NCBI RefSeq assembly: GCF_022045235.1
Contig: NW_027266341.1
Coordinates: forward strand, 9,052,001-9,116,000
DNA length: 64,000 nucleotides
Source of the DNA: Haliotis cracherodii
Taxonomy: Eukaryota
Reading direction: 5' to 3'
The notes beneath the pieces were generated by a model, which saw only the letters and a program-made list of their open reading frames with translations, did no database searches and was not told the DNA's origin. The position numbers and the translations under genes were made by a program. Every line of letters starts with the position of its first letter. The first letter of the stretch is position 1. Below are positions 24,626 to 37,895 of the stretch, piece after piece.

Positions 24626-25274
24626 GTTTATTTTAAACCAAATGTTCATTATTATTGTTAAACCCACAGTGAAGACAAGAGAATGGATGAAGAAAGCGAC
24701 AAAGGTTACTTGAAAAAAAATCGCCAAATAATTAATTTCAATGACAGATCCGGAATGCTTCTTGCAAAACGACGTTAAATGTGTGTCCTTACCATTCGCA
24801 AATAGTCTTCTAAACATGATTGAGTGGATCATGATCTTGCAATTATAACAACCATGCATTCATTGACGTCATTGACCAATTTCTATTTGTCGTTCCTTTC
24901 CTGCGGTTTGAGGATCTATCTTTCGGATAGGCTGATTGTTTTGGATCTTGTTTTGTCGGATAATCGAGACTGGTAATGCTCAGGCTTTGACGTTTTATAT
25001 TTAACAGATGTGGCTCAACACATATAAACATGTGTTAACTAAAAGCCACAATACACATTTCCATAATCGTACGATATATCCTTTTTCAACAAAGTCCATT
25101 GTGCAACTCCGACAACACAATATGCATGTGTTGATGGATCATTATCGAATAATGACGATACCAGGTGTTCGCGAGAAGGAGGGCTTATGCTATACCACCG
25201 GCCCGACACGTCACAAACACATGCAAATGCAAGTCAAGTGTTCACCTGGAAATACAAGAAAACATGTCAAAATA

Positions 25275-25578
25275 GGGTGAGGTGAAATTAGGATTAACGT
25301 CGCGTTCAAGATTGTTGCACTTATATAGCGACGTGCATGCACGTGTTTGTGTGGCTGCTTGTACTAGTCGGGACCAATGCCGATTTATAGTGCTTGCACA
25401 CTGAGATACCATGCCGTAGTTTAACATGAATACCCAACTCAGACACAGTATACTTACTCCGAGCCGACCATTCCTTGTTTTAGCCCCTTAATGCCGGGTA
25501 CACAACAAGTACCATCTTTGAACGAATTTTTATATGACACGGCCGTGGATCGAACCCCGTACCTTCCGCTCTCCGGGC
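25275..25578 (-). mobile_element. MetaSINE/MESC-like SINE, 5' head removed by deletion
   Basis: Paralog of 16794-17129 truncated at the GGC junction. Confidence 0.88.
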
Positions 25579-28500
25579 ATTTGCTTTCCATGTTGACTAT
25601 CTATGGTCAGCACGTATATTGCCAAATGCCCCATGGATCATAGAATGAATTTTATCGTTTGGGACAGTTGTGTACACGGTTGAATAATCAAATGTTTTAA
25701 CATGATTGAACTCAGATCTTTCCTGAGATTGCAAAGTTCAAGCAAATACTTGGAGCTTATGCGAATTCGAATCGCTTTCCTTGATAATATTAAGGATTAT
25801 GGCTAATCTTTTAGAAGGATTTGGTGGTACATTTACTGGTCATACATCAATAAATCACTCTTTTTACGGATTTTTATGAAACTTTGGAAAGCAGAACAAG
25901 AGAGGAACTGACATGTCTTCGGGTTTTAGAGTCGAGACAAAAGTTAATAGCACCGATGCGTGATTTGGTCATATTTCTTCTTCAGTCAACAGTTGATTTT
26001 CCTAGGGTCCGAAACATCGACCATTTTCACTTGTTTTATCCATACTAATTGATCACTTCAATCGGCCAATGTAAGAAAAAATAGTTAGATTAACTTAAAT
26101 GATAATTGCGATAGATATATTTCACACAATTGTGCAATCTTAAGATGTGACAATAATGAAAACTTGTCCTATTACATGGCCTTGAATAAAAGTACATTGC
26201 AAACGACATGTTATTTTGAGATAACTACGTGAAATGTCTGGTATAATCAATAGTGTGCACTTCAGTCCAACGATAGACAAATGCAGCAATATGCAACATC
26301 TTTCCCAGTAGTTGTTTCTGTTTTCCAATATTTCGACCTTTAACATTCAATTCAAATTTCGTATTCAAGATGTCCTCTGGAGCATTTACCTTTTTCTAAG
26401 ATGTATTATTATCTAAAATCTTGTAATTTAGTCAAATTTCCCAAACAAAGAAAGAATGGTTTAGCGTGCATTTAATTGAGCAAGGGTTTTTTCTTAACCA
26501 CGGCGCCAACGGCGAGTCATACAGGGAGATCACTCACCTTACGTAATTGTACAGTTTAATAATACAAACGATAGTTGTGTTGGCCTGCACATTTGGAGAA
26601 AATGGATCGAAATGTCATACAGTGGTATGACGTCAACGCAACACATGAGTCAAGAAACATTCATTTTACGGGGTTTTTATACAAGCACTGCAACTAAACT
26701 GTGAATTTTCTTTATCCGTATGCTGTCATTATAAGCGTAGTGTTTTCTTTAGTAGCTATATAGTATTTTACTCTTTTAATTCCAACATTACATGTTCAAA
26801 TATATATGTATATAATGTATACGTAAGCGTATAAGAACACCTGAAACATCAACTATATAAACGTCAAACCATCATTGGCGTTTTTTAGTTTTCACTTCAG
26901 TAGTGTTTTTTTGTGGAGAGAATCAATACATCATTGGGTGAACACAGGAGTTACAACTTTCTTTATAAAGTAAATATGTCATGGAACCCATTTTGGTAAC
27001 GGCACGCAGAACGGTAGTTTCAGAATCGGGAAGACATATTCAAAGGTCTGGATTTATAATCGAAGAAATCGTGGATTAGAAAGGCAAATTCTAAAATGGT
27101 CTTTGGCTACAAGAAACTGTTCCACTTATATAGAATCATACACCCTACAGTGTAAATACACAAGATGTCTGTTAAAGACGTATACGTACAAATTACGCAC
27201 AAAACCATGACTTCTCAATTAGTACCCAGTGTCGGATTTCGGTAACTGTGTTAATCTGGATTACAATACGCACAATCATGGGCTGCAGGAAACAAATATA
27301 ATTTGGTTTTAACTGTCATCGTCACAGAACGCATGAAGACTTACAATAACAACTGGCCTAAACACATCACATGGAAATTCCCTGTCCTGTCACGTCATCA
27401 GTGCAACACAGGGGGAGAATTTAACTGAGTAAACATTACAGAGTTCTTTGTGTATTTGTTTCACAAAGTCTTCCCTCAAGCCAAATGGGACCGTTTGGTG
27501 GTTATCGTTAAGGCTCTTCAGGTGGTAGTAAGAAAAAAGCTAACATGTTTTCATTTCGGGACTGTATAACTGCGCATCTGGCCAAGTAACTGACACATCT
27601 ACGTCTGTTGCGCCATGCTTGTGTCTTGGGACGCTGGGATCGCGATGGGATCACTAATCGAATGCACATGACAGTTTCGCTTTCAATTTATATTACATTT
27701 GAAGATTGATATTTAAATTACACACATGAACATGACGATGCATTGACTGTACATATGAGAGATTTGTTAAATGTTTGTTTTTTTCCTAAATGGATAATCT
27801 TTATCAATTTCACCAAACCGACCTATCTGTCCAGAATACAATTAATCCAACGCCACCCATACCGCATCCATAACTCGACATGGGGCAGAGGGACAAAGAA
27901 CACCTCCACTTCGATAGGAGATAGCTTTCAAGTAATGAGTAATCTTGCGGAGGAATTGAATAACGATGGCATTCTATCTCAGTAAATGCAATTTACAGCA
28001 GTACCGTTGATTCAAATGGTTCTGGTATTACACCATTATATTGTGCCCAGTACAAAATGTGCAATAGTGTTCGTAGTGGATATCATGCAGCCATCGTTTC
28101 GCTTTTTTTGTGACAACATCGTATTCAATTTATGACAGTCGTGACGGGAAATAGCCGCAGTGAACGCAATGCGCAAATAATGTCGCAGCATTTGTCGCAC
28201 ATCGGTTTTAAAACTCTTCCCATTACGACGAGTTGATTGTATTATGGAGTACGTTCCAAATGCCAAGTACCCATCACATTAACTTAAGTTAGTTTTTTTT
28301 TTGTTAATCTAAGAGCTTTTGACATTGAAGACAACTTTGTTAGTGACGATCGATTACATGTTATATTTACCAATTATTATCACCAATTTCAAAAGTAATC
28401 TCGTTTTGTGTCACAAATGCTTTTTAGAGTTTAAAACGGTAAGGGAAAGTCATGTATGACTGAAATAATATTTTACAGGTTGATGTTAAAGTTGACGTTT

Positions 28501-31371
28501 ATATCACGTCTGTCTACATGTGACTGGATAGAAAATGTATTAAATATATTTGTGTTACTGTTAATAGCTCAGAAGAGTTATCGATTTACTCATGTCTCTA
28601 ACCTTTGTTACAGATAATCAAGAATGTGGTTACAAGAGATGATGAGTAATAAACGTGACTTCTGAACCGTTATCGAAGATGCCATATAAGGAAATATGAG
28701 TAACAATTCTTCAAACTCAGGACATTATGAAGCTAATGATAACGTAGGGTTCAGATAATCATTGCAGGCACAAGGTGGAGTATCGTGTGCCAACTTTTGA
28801 AACCTGATTTCTTTAATATTTCAGATTGAAAACGAAGTCAACGTTTCATGTAGTTCTCCATACTTACAAATGTCGGTTGTCTCTATATTCTTGTAACATA
28901 ATACTTTTTGAGAAAATAGGAAAACTAACCTTTCTATATAATTTGATAAAATGCAATGAATTCGTCACATGAAAATAATCACATTATTATCAACAAGAAA
29001 AGGGGTAGCAAATTAGGAATTCATACGAAGAAACACAATAAAACACAAAACAGGCAACACAATAGTGAAACATATACAACCGGAAGTACTGAACGACAAA
29101 TGCATTCGACTGAGCATTATCTTTTGTCTTCTAAATGGTCTGGGTTGATATAACATTCGTAATAACTTATTGGCCCTTTTTGAATGTTTTTTTCTGAAAT
29201 GTCAACGGGACTCATCTGTTATTGAGATATGACCTTATGGGTATATGCATAGAAAGAACATACAGTTCTTTTTTTAAATCAATGGTAACGTGTCACATAT
29301 GGTCTTGTACGCAGACAAAAGGCCCACCTCCACACTAAGATTGAGACAGCAAGATCTGACTTGATGTAGGAGTTAGTATATACTCTGAACCCTAGGTTCC
29401 TCATCATAAAGAGGTTGACATATATAAATTTCTCTTCCTTAAGTGTATCACTTCTAAATGCCTTTCAAAGACTTATACGACATCAACATGGAGATGATGC
29501 TGTAATATCCATCAACGAGAACAACACGACCATCAGTAATAGCGTTAAGGCCAACAGCCTCTTGATCATCTTACTGTGTTGCCGAGACAGCATCCACGAT
29601 GCTAGAGGTTTCCCACTGTCTTCGCCGTCTACCCTTCTCCAGCCATAAAAAAAACATCCTCCATCATGTCAGTTGCAGAGTAATCATGCATCAGATCCAG
29701 CACCTACGCAGACAAGAGGCCCACCTTGAAGATATCATCTGATGAAAGAGTAATTATGTACTCATTCCTCGTAATGGAGAATTTGACATCTATACATTTC
29801 TCTTCCTAATGGTCTTGTAATGTTTAAATTCTCGATAATTTCTTAGTTGTTCAGTTTTAGTGTTGTTTAAACTCTGAAATACATGACGTTTGCTTGAACG
29901 TTTACCGCAATAATGACAAGGAGACAGTGCCAACCTGTCTGTTCATGGCCTAGTTTCATCCTGAGTTGCGCTACTGTGGAAGGACATGGTTTATCAAATT
30001 CAGTATGTAAGGGAGATAATCGCATTGCAGTCAAAAACATGGTTTAAGATGTCGCTTTTATTTAAGATGTAAAACAGGAAATTAATGAATTAAAACAAAT
30101 ATTGTAAATATATATTTTGGGGAGATCATTTTATTTAAAATATAATTTGACCAACAAATTAAGAGGTTGCCGCCGTGTTGATGCATCACATCGAACGTCT
30201 TCTTGTATTTTGTTTGTTTGTTGTTTAACGTGTTGTTGTCATGCCCACCAACACTGACAGTGTGTGAGCAGGAGCTCATACAGAACCTGAAAGAAACAAC
30301 AAATCTACACCACAATTTACAAGTCCAGATATCTTCAATTTTCTACAAATCAAAAGATTGTCTCAGCTTCTTTCAAGTATATGCCAAACTAGAATTTAAC
30401 AACATGTAAATAAATAATAAAGTCTTAACACCTTTCACTAGACAGACTACGAGTTTATCTGATGCTGGAGATAAATGTCACGTGAAGATGTCACAGTCAC
30501 AGGCAACAAACACCTAGCATTGAATTTCAAATTAAATCTAGTGCCTTTTAAAATAATTCTGCACTTGAAAGCATTATATACATTCATTTTATCATGTTTT
30601 GTCACTCCCCGGGGTGGGTTTGCTGTGCTTTGAGATAGTAACACTGGTAACCGTGTCATGAAATTATACAATGACGTGCCAGTCTAAGGATGAACTGTCT
30701 CCATGAGTGATGAAACTGGATTTCGATGTTAAGCTTTTTCATTCGAGAGACACAGAAGCGTCTTGAGAGAAGTTTTGTGTGATGGAAAGATGTTTTGTGA
30801 TAATGAATCCTTATCACAAGCTGGCGACTCCAGGTCGTTCCGTCAATGAACAAGTGATTCTCCTTGTGGTCTGGGATGAAACCTGGCCACTTGATGAATC
30901 AAACATCCCAGATGTTGCGCGATGTATTTGTTTTATTAACACAGAAAGTATACTCAGTAGAGATTTTAACCATGTACGAATATTGAATCTTGGGGCGTGA
31001 TTGTGTGGCTTGGCTTATCCATGGTACTATAGACGACTCTGTATGAGTGTTTTCATACCAAGAAACGCTGAGATGTGGATCGACATGAAGACATTTAATA
31101 TTCGTGTCAACGACTTTGACTGCCTAACGACAGAAATGAACGACTCTTACTTCCTAATGCAATAATGTTTTCAACGACAGCATAAACGGCATATTATAAC
31201 TTGTAAGCGTGGATGCAATAACATTCGTTAACATAGACATGCGTTGTTTATATATAACTATTCATATTGAACGGAACGATTGGTCCAATACATAATGTGA
31301 CAAGATTCCAGATTGAGGGACCGCCCGAATATGTATTTCGTGTTTATGTACAATAAAAATAAACTTCCCGT

Positions 31372-31495
31372 ATTTCTTAGAAGTTGACGGATGACAAAGT
31401 AGATTTATGAATAACAACTTCCTTACTGTGATAGCATAGAATGTGTTTTCCCTAAATTAGTTGTCTTCTTTGTCATCCGTCAACTTCAAAGAAAT
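31372..31495. repeat. 124-bp foldback (MITE-like) with 28-bp inverted arms
   Basis: ATTTCTTAGAAGTTGACGGATGACAAAG ... CTTTGTCATCCGTCAACTTCAAAGAAAT, one mismatch. Confidence 0.8.
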
Positions 31496-31619
31496 GCCTA
31501 TCAAACACTAAAGTCTTGATCCGCCTTTCCATATTCATAAGAAAACGATAAGCAAAAGAAGAGTCGATCGTAAGATCCCGACTATATCATGTGCATGTGT
31601 CTATGAATCCCTCTATGGT

Positions 31620-31800
31620 ACCAGGTGATGAAAGGTGAGCGTATCCCGCCCCACCGGTGGCACCCGTCACAAACTCATGCAAAGGCAGGTCAATTGTTCA
31701 TCTCGAAAAAGCACCGGAACCTATGATACAAATTAAAATAGGGAATTGCATCGGGCATCATTTTTGTCACCTATGCGTCAAATTGGGAAATGTCTATCAA
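31620..31800 (-). repeat. Copy of the dispersed Penelope-like 3' fragment
   Basis: ggcacccgtcacaaac...caattgttca...aaaatagggaattgc shared with 10690-10870. Confidence 0.6.
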
Positions 31801-32153
31801 ACAAATTAATAGTTGTGTTACATAAAATGCTTTTCCGTGGTATCGAATTAAAGCTTAAAAGCTCTTAAAAGCCTTAGCAAAGCTTGGGGTATAAGGCTAC
31901 CCGATCGAAGGTTTTCTTCTCCAACGTCCGTCCGTGCCTTGACACTTCTCACGTATACAAGCTTAATGCTCTATATCTTCTGGAACAACCAACTGGAAAA
32001 CAGTTTGTACGGGAGCGTCGGTGCCCAGATGGAAATTTTACACACTGACATATTAAATGCATTCAACACAAAAAGGATACAAGTTGTTCACACAAGGATT
32101 TTGTAAGGGTTTGGACTACAACTTGGGCAATGGCTGGTCGCTAGGGCTGTATA

Positions 32154-33685
32154 TAGTGAACCGCAAAAGAAACGTCACCGTGGATAGATATATGAGAAAC
32201 CAAATTTGTCCAAACACTGTAAACATACTTTGAGAGTGTCAAATGTTCATAATGTGAAACTATAACACAAAATGGCATCACTTTGAGACATAATAATAAG
32301 AAGAAACTTGGCAAAACTGATCATCAAGGTTGAAATTAAAGTGTCAAATGTTCATAAAGTAAAACACAACACTCAGAAAATGGCATCACAAGTCAGTATC
32401 TCGTGTGTCCGCCATGTGCATTGATGACTGCCGTGCAACGTCGATACATGAAATGGATGAGGCGGTTGATGAAGGATATAGGCACTTGAGCCCACACTCC
32501 GAGGAACTCCTGACGCAGTTCAGCTGCAGTTGTAGGCCTTGGTCGGACGTCATTTGAATCTTGCCCCATAGCTGCTCAATGGGATTTAAATCGGGACCGA
32601 GGGTAGGCCACTGCATGGAAGGTGTATTCTGCTGAAGGAAGTCTCTCGTTGCTCTCGCAGTGGGGACACGGGCGTTATCATGCTGAAACTCGTGGTTGCG
32701 GCGACGTGCCAAATGAGGTACGGCGTGTGATCTCAAGACTTGATCAATGTACCGAGCTGCTGTGACACCATTGCCTCACCCTGGACCGATGTTCTGGAAG
32801 ACCACAGGGCCGACCCTCTGTGCAAGACCAATTCCACCCCACACCATGATGCTCGGACCAACCCACGAGTCTCTCTCAACAACACAAGCATCCGAATAAC
32901 GTTCCCCATCTACCATCTACTGTTGAGATACAGTTCGGTTCTCGTCTGAAAGAGGTTTCTTCCCCACTGCTGGTGGCGCCAATGCTGGTACTGTGTTGCC
33001 CAATGAAGACGGTCTCGGCGACGACGTGGTGTCAGAATGGGTCCTTGGTGTGGCCTGTGACAGTGAAGGTGTCTGCTAGTCAATCGTCCACTCACGGTGT
33101 CCGCATTGATGTGTCGCTGGTGTCCCCATGGTCTGTCGAGCAGTTTCCTCAGCAGTAACAAAGCATCTTGAAGATGCTGTCGTACAATCTGACGATCCTT
33201 ACGTCGAGTGGTGACCCTCGGTCTTCCACTACGTGGTCCGTCATCTGTAGTGTCGGTGGTCTGGTACCGTTGCTGTAGCCTGTATATGGTCCTGACGTGG
33301 ACTTGATTGGCTACTTGCCGAGCGGTTTGTCCAGCTTGCAATCGTCCAAGGGTTGGTGTCGCTAATTTCTTGTCAATCTTGGCATGTGGTAGTAATTCAA
33401 TATCGAATGAATGTTATCCGATCTGGGTGGATTTTAATTGGGCAAGAAATGGGGCATGGCATGAGCATTTGAAATTGCACGGAACTCACGTGCATCGGGT
33501 TACCATGACCGTTGCCGTGATGCGTTTTAGCGATCGGTTCTATTGTCATCCGCTTTGGTGTTTTTTATCATCAAATTTCATTTTTCCGGACAAGGTAATG
33601 TTAAATTTTAGAAACTTTGACAAAAAGTACCCAGATATTTAAATGACAAATTTTCATGCAATGTTACTTTGGGTGCGGTTCAGTA
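32154..33685 (-). mobile_element. Tc1-like transposon with frameshifted transposase
   Basis: TIRs TA(C/G)TGAACCGCA.., TA flanks; HTH with PRSGRPRVTT; FQHDNAR and WPxxxPDLNPIEQLW catalytic motifs. Confidence 0.92.
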
Positions 33686-33912
33686 TATATACATCAAGTA
33701 TATATACATTAATTATATATACGGATAATAACATGACACTAACGAATGTAAACATGCACAGGAACGAAGCAAGCACAGCTATATGTGGTACACAATATAA
33801 TCTATTATGTTGTTTGTAACTGTCAGGGTACGGACCCTTGAGTTCTGTCGTTACTTCCCTTCAGGCGTTCACGTCCGAACACGTCACCTTTGACGAACAT
33901 TCTAATTTGTAG

Positions 33913-34075
33913 ATTGTTTGTTTGTTGTTTAACGCCTTACTCAGCAATATTCCAGCCATATGACTGCGGACTGCAAATAATTGAGTCTGGAAGAGACAAT
34001 GCAGTGATTGATATTATGAGCAACCGTCCACGTCGTTGGGTCCACTGACACGCTATTAACACAGTCATCGAGGTC
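33913..34075 (-). mobile_element. Nin-domain-like SINE, 3' part
   Basis: ttgtttgtttgttgtttaacgcc..cagcaatattccagc tail. Confidence 0.8.
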
Positions 34076-35238
34076 CCACATCAGCATAAGTTGTTTGGGA
34101 ACTGGATTAAATATATTTTGTTGTTTTAATCCTTAAAATGTACGGCTTAAAAATACATATAACATGTACAAATATAACCGGATTTGCCTGACCAAAAATG
34201 AGATTAGTTTCACCAATTTATCACGAAATTAATCAACAGATATTTCACCACTATTAGAAAATCGTTTGTGTCTTTATTAATATTCTTTGCCTGGCATAGC
34301 TACGGAGGGTATCAATTTAGATAGAATCGTTATTACTCGTCTTCTTTATCCCCTGTGTAAGCAAGACTTTGCGTCTTCATCGCCAACAACCAATTTGCAA
34401 TTTCTATCCGGAGACTGTATGCATTTCTGATTTACTCGCACTTCAAAAGGAGAGAGTTAATAGGGGAGATCACTCATTAATCATCACAGGGGTTATTTTA
34501 AGCAACAACCTGATTGGGTCTTTTCTGGTGTGTATTAAGTTATGTTACATGACAAATATACGGCAAACTATGAAAACAACACCGAGGTGTGCAGTTGGTG
34601 AATACAGCGCTGTCTGAATTCCCGGTAAGCAGGAGATCCCCAGAAACCTAGGCGACCAAATGGATGAGGCGACCACGTTCGGTGTTGTGTGTGATAGCGT
34701 GTCATCGTATGCCAATCAATGTTCACAGTATCGATCACTGGATTGTCGGGCACTTACTTGATTATTTACGGGCCTCCGTCATATGCCAGTAACGTTCAAG
34801 TCATTAGATTTGTTTTACGTGTCGCCTGAGGGAAATATCGAAAGTTAATGAAGGAGAAACAACAGTTTCACCTGTCGAAAAAGATCATTCCATCTGGCGA
34901 AAACAGCAAACTAGCTGTAGACATACAGGCGATGGTATCAGAAGAACCAATGCACAACTACAGTATGATATCTTGTGAATATGGAAATAGTTTTGTAACT
35001 TTTATTTACTCTGAAATATAGGTTTATAAAAATAACATTATGATGACTTCGCGTTACTGTTCTTACAACTGATTCTGTGCCAGGAATTCATTGATGATTC
35101 TGCTTGTGCATTTGAAAAAGTAAAGTTGAAAAAACTATTGGTCGTAATGGAAAACAAAAAAATCAATAATATATCAGCCATAACGTGGTTTAAGTCGGAG
35201 ACATCCATGAATCTGTTGATTCCGGAAGTTCTACTTAC

Positions 35239-35300
35239 GGTTCCACTTCCGGAATCAGCAAATTCACGTAATTTCTTCATTACCAACTGCACCCCTTGTA
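35239..35300 (-). CDS. Candidate 62-nt internal exon (xQGVQLVMKKLREFADSGSGT) of an unidentified gene
   Basis: Acceptor aattatttacag| and donor ACC|gtaagt on minus strand; open frame. Confidence 0.35.
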
Positions 35301-36637
35301 CTGTAAATAATTTAATTGACAAAAAAATGAAATTGGTTCAAATAAAGCAGATTATCTTTGATTGTGTTTTACAATGTGATACGCCGTCTTCTCCAGGCAA
35401 CTATTTTACTTGTAATTGAATCATGAAGTGTTAATCCTATAAGTGCTCCGTTAATCTCGTTACAGAGAAAGAAAGGATATTTGATTTATGATTTGCCAGC
35501 TTCAAAGAAATTGATCTGAGGCTGAATACTTGCTATAAAACTTTTGTCCTAATTTTAACCTTTATGCTGAGTTTTATGTCTTCAGAAAAGCATTCCCACG
35601 TTGTACCGCTACACAGACTCGGTGTTTGTCGTCTCGGATCTGAATACCGCCGTCTCTTTTGTGCACTGCAAGGACAGGCTGTTAGTTATGACAATGGCTC
35701 CATTCCCCTATACCGCTGCTACTTTTACATGGAGTAGAACAGTTTCCCACTTGAACGCGGAGCTTCCTCCACTTTCCAGATCTTTAAATCCCGACTGAGG
35801 CCTTCAACTCGTCTCTTTCAGCTAGCCTATATTGACTGACCTGAACATTTCTGTGCGTGAGCTTACAGTGCGTGAGGAGTTATGGGTTACTAACAGAGTG
35901 TTATTATATTAGTATGTTGTTTCAGCTGAACATCAATAGTCCATCCAGATGATGTCGGAATGTAACTGCACGTAATCGCATCTTGTCCACAGGAACCGTT
36001 GCCCTCCGTAAGGCATGGATCGGATGGTCAGCCTCGGTGAATTAGTTGATTGCCCGTCAGCGTATGGTGTTGCTCATAACATCAATCTCTGGTTTTTCTG
36101 CTTCTGACTCATGCAACCCTTTGCTATCAACCGCCATGCGACAATGGACAAAAAAATCAAATAACCTTCAAAGTAACTGTGACACTATTTCTATCGATGT
36201 TGCAAACATAAATGTATTGGGTCCGAAAACTGTCCTGCACCATTGTTATATGGCGTAGAAGTAGTGACATCATCTCGATCTGAAAAAACGAAGAATAACA
36301 TACCAAGTACCAAGCATTTTGTAGAATATTCAGATACTATTTGATAATATGTTGTTTTTGCAAGACAACAGGGGCCAAAAGCAATTATATTATAATTATG
36401 GCATGAATACCCCTCATGGATCAGAATAGGCGCCCTGGATCTCATGCTTGTCGTATGAGCCAACTAAATTGTGGATCAGGTTGTCCGACAGTGTAATTTG
36501 GCTGTTTGCTTATTACACACCGATGTATGTAGTTGTAGAGAAGGCGGTTACATATTTGGCTGGTTCTGAACATGAATATTCAAAGGAAGACATTAAAACA
36601 AAATTATTTGTCTCTTCGACGTTGTACAACATTAAGT

Positions 36638-36891
36638 TGGTGTTTTTTATTTGTTGTTTAACGCCGCACTCAAAATTCCAGCTATATGGCTATAATCGTG
36701 TCTGGACCAGACAATTCAGTGAATGACATCATGAGCATCGATCCACGCAATTGGGATTAATGACATGCATCAACCAAGTCAGCGAACCTGACCATCCGAC
36801 CCCGTTAGTCGCCTCTTACGGCAAGCAGAGTCGCTTTTTACACCAAGCGTGGGTTGCTGAAGACCTATTTTACCCCAGATCTTCACGGGAC
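36638..36891 (-). mobile_element. Nin-domain-like SINE, full length
   Basis: Family match; TSD ACAACATTWAGT (36626-36637, 36892-36903). Confidence 0.9.
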
Positions 36892-37734
36892 ACAACATTT
36901 AGTCATTCGGTGATAAGTATTCTGATAGCCTTACAAATACCATTCAAAAATAAGTCGATGTTGTGTATCATGCATGGCAACTGTGAAAATAACTAAGTCG
37001 AAAAAAGTAAAAGTTAATTGAAAATTCAATTTTAAAAATAAGATTACTCGCCAAAACAGATTCAAATTTGGCGTAAAGGGCAAAGAAACTGTGGAAATAA
37101 TATGAATTGACCGTTGAAAATCAGTTGACACCAGGTGTTCACTAAAAGGGCAAGCTACCGGTAGCAGCCGCCATTCACACAATTTGCACACAAAGAGTAA
37201 GTATTGATTGCTTGATTCTGCACATCAGCACTCCAGCAATACAAACAAACCAATAAAGTGATAGATGGACGAGAAAATAAAGTGACACGATGGTGCATTT
37301 ACTGAATTTGTTGAAACTAATTAAAACGCTATGCTATTTTTGAATTATTTCTGCTGTGTATAAGTGCAGAGGTTTTGCTGCTTGTAAGTAAAGATAAACG
37401 TTTAAAAAGTTGTTTTCTTTACAACACAGTGGGGACTGGAGGGGTCGGGGTGGTAGTGGTGCAGTGAATGAAGAGCTATGCATTAGTGTAGCCGGTTTTA
37501 CTAAACAATTTGACCAGCAAGAAATAGGTGCTCGCCAAAATATTTGTGTTAGGGTTATAACTTAAATCATCCTTTTTTGGACTTATAGACAATTCTGAAA
37601 CAATTCATCATCAAATGTTTTATAATGCCTAATAGCTTATGTTTATACGATTAAAGTAAGTAGATATAGCTCTGACGAAAACAATTAAGTTTGTGTATAA
37701 AAATACATATTTATATATATATATGGGGGTGGGG

Positions 37735-37895
37735 TGCCTTTTCTAGTTCGGACAAATGTTGGTTTAACAGTGCTAGCTCACGGATATACCATGTTTAATA
37801 TGGATACCCCTCTCAGACACAGTACACTTACTTCGTGTCCACTTGGTCCTTGTTTTATCTTTTTAATGCCGAGCGCCAGGCAGGGTGACAATAAG
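37735..37895 (-). mobile_element. MetaSINE/MESC-like fragment
   Basis: ctcagacacagta..taatgccgagcgccaggcagggt. Confidence 0.75.

Larger units (their letters stand above)
21684..29036 (+). repeat. Segmental duplication, copy 2 (~7.35 kb)
   Basis: Near-identical to 13316-21347; lacks 803 bp and has an extra 123 bp. Confidence 0.97.

Noticed and set aside
30660-30870. THAP-like relic (HTKLLSRRF) and a similar hint at ~47770-47860 with a CCAAT/GC box at ~47535
   Set aside because: Key Cys/His residues absent and termini not verifiable; too degenerate to call
35586-35798. GC-richer exon-like stretch after a + strand acceptor
   Set aside because: No donor, no recognisable protein in any frame
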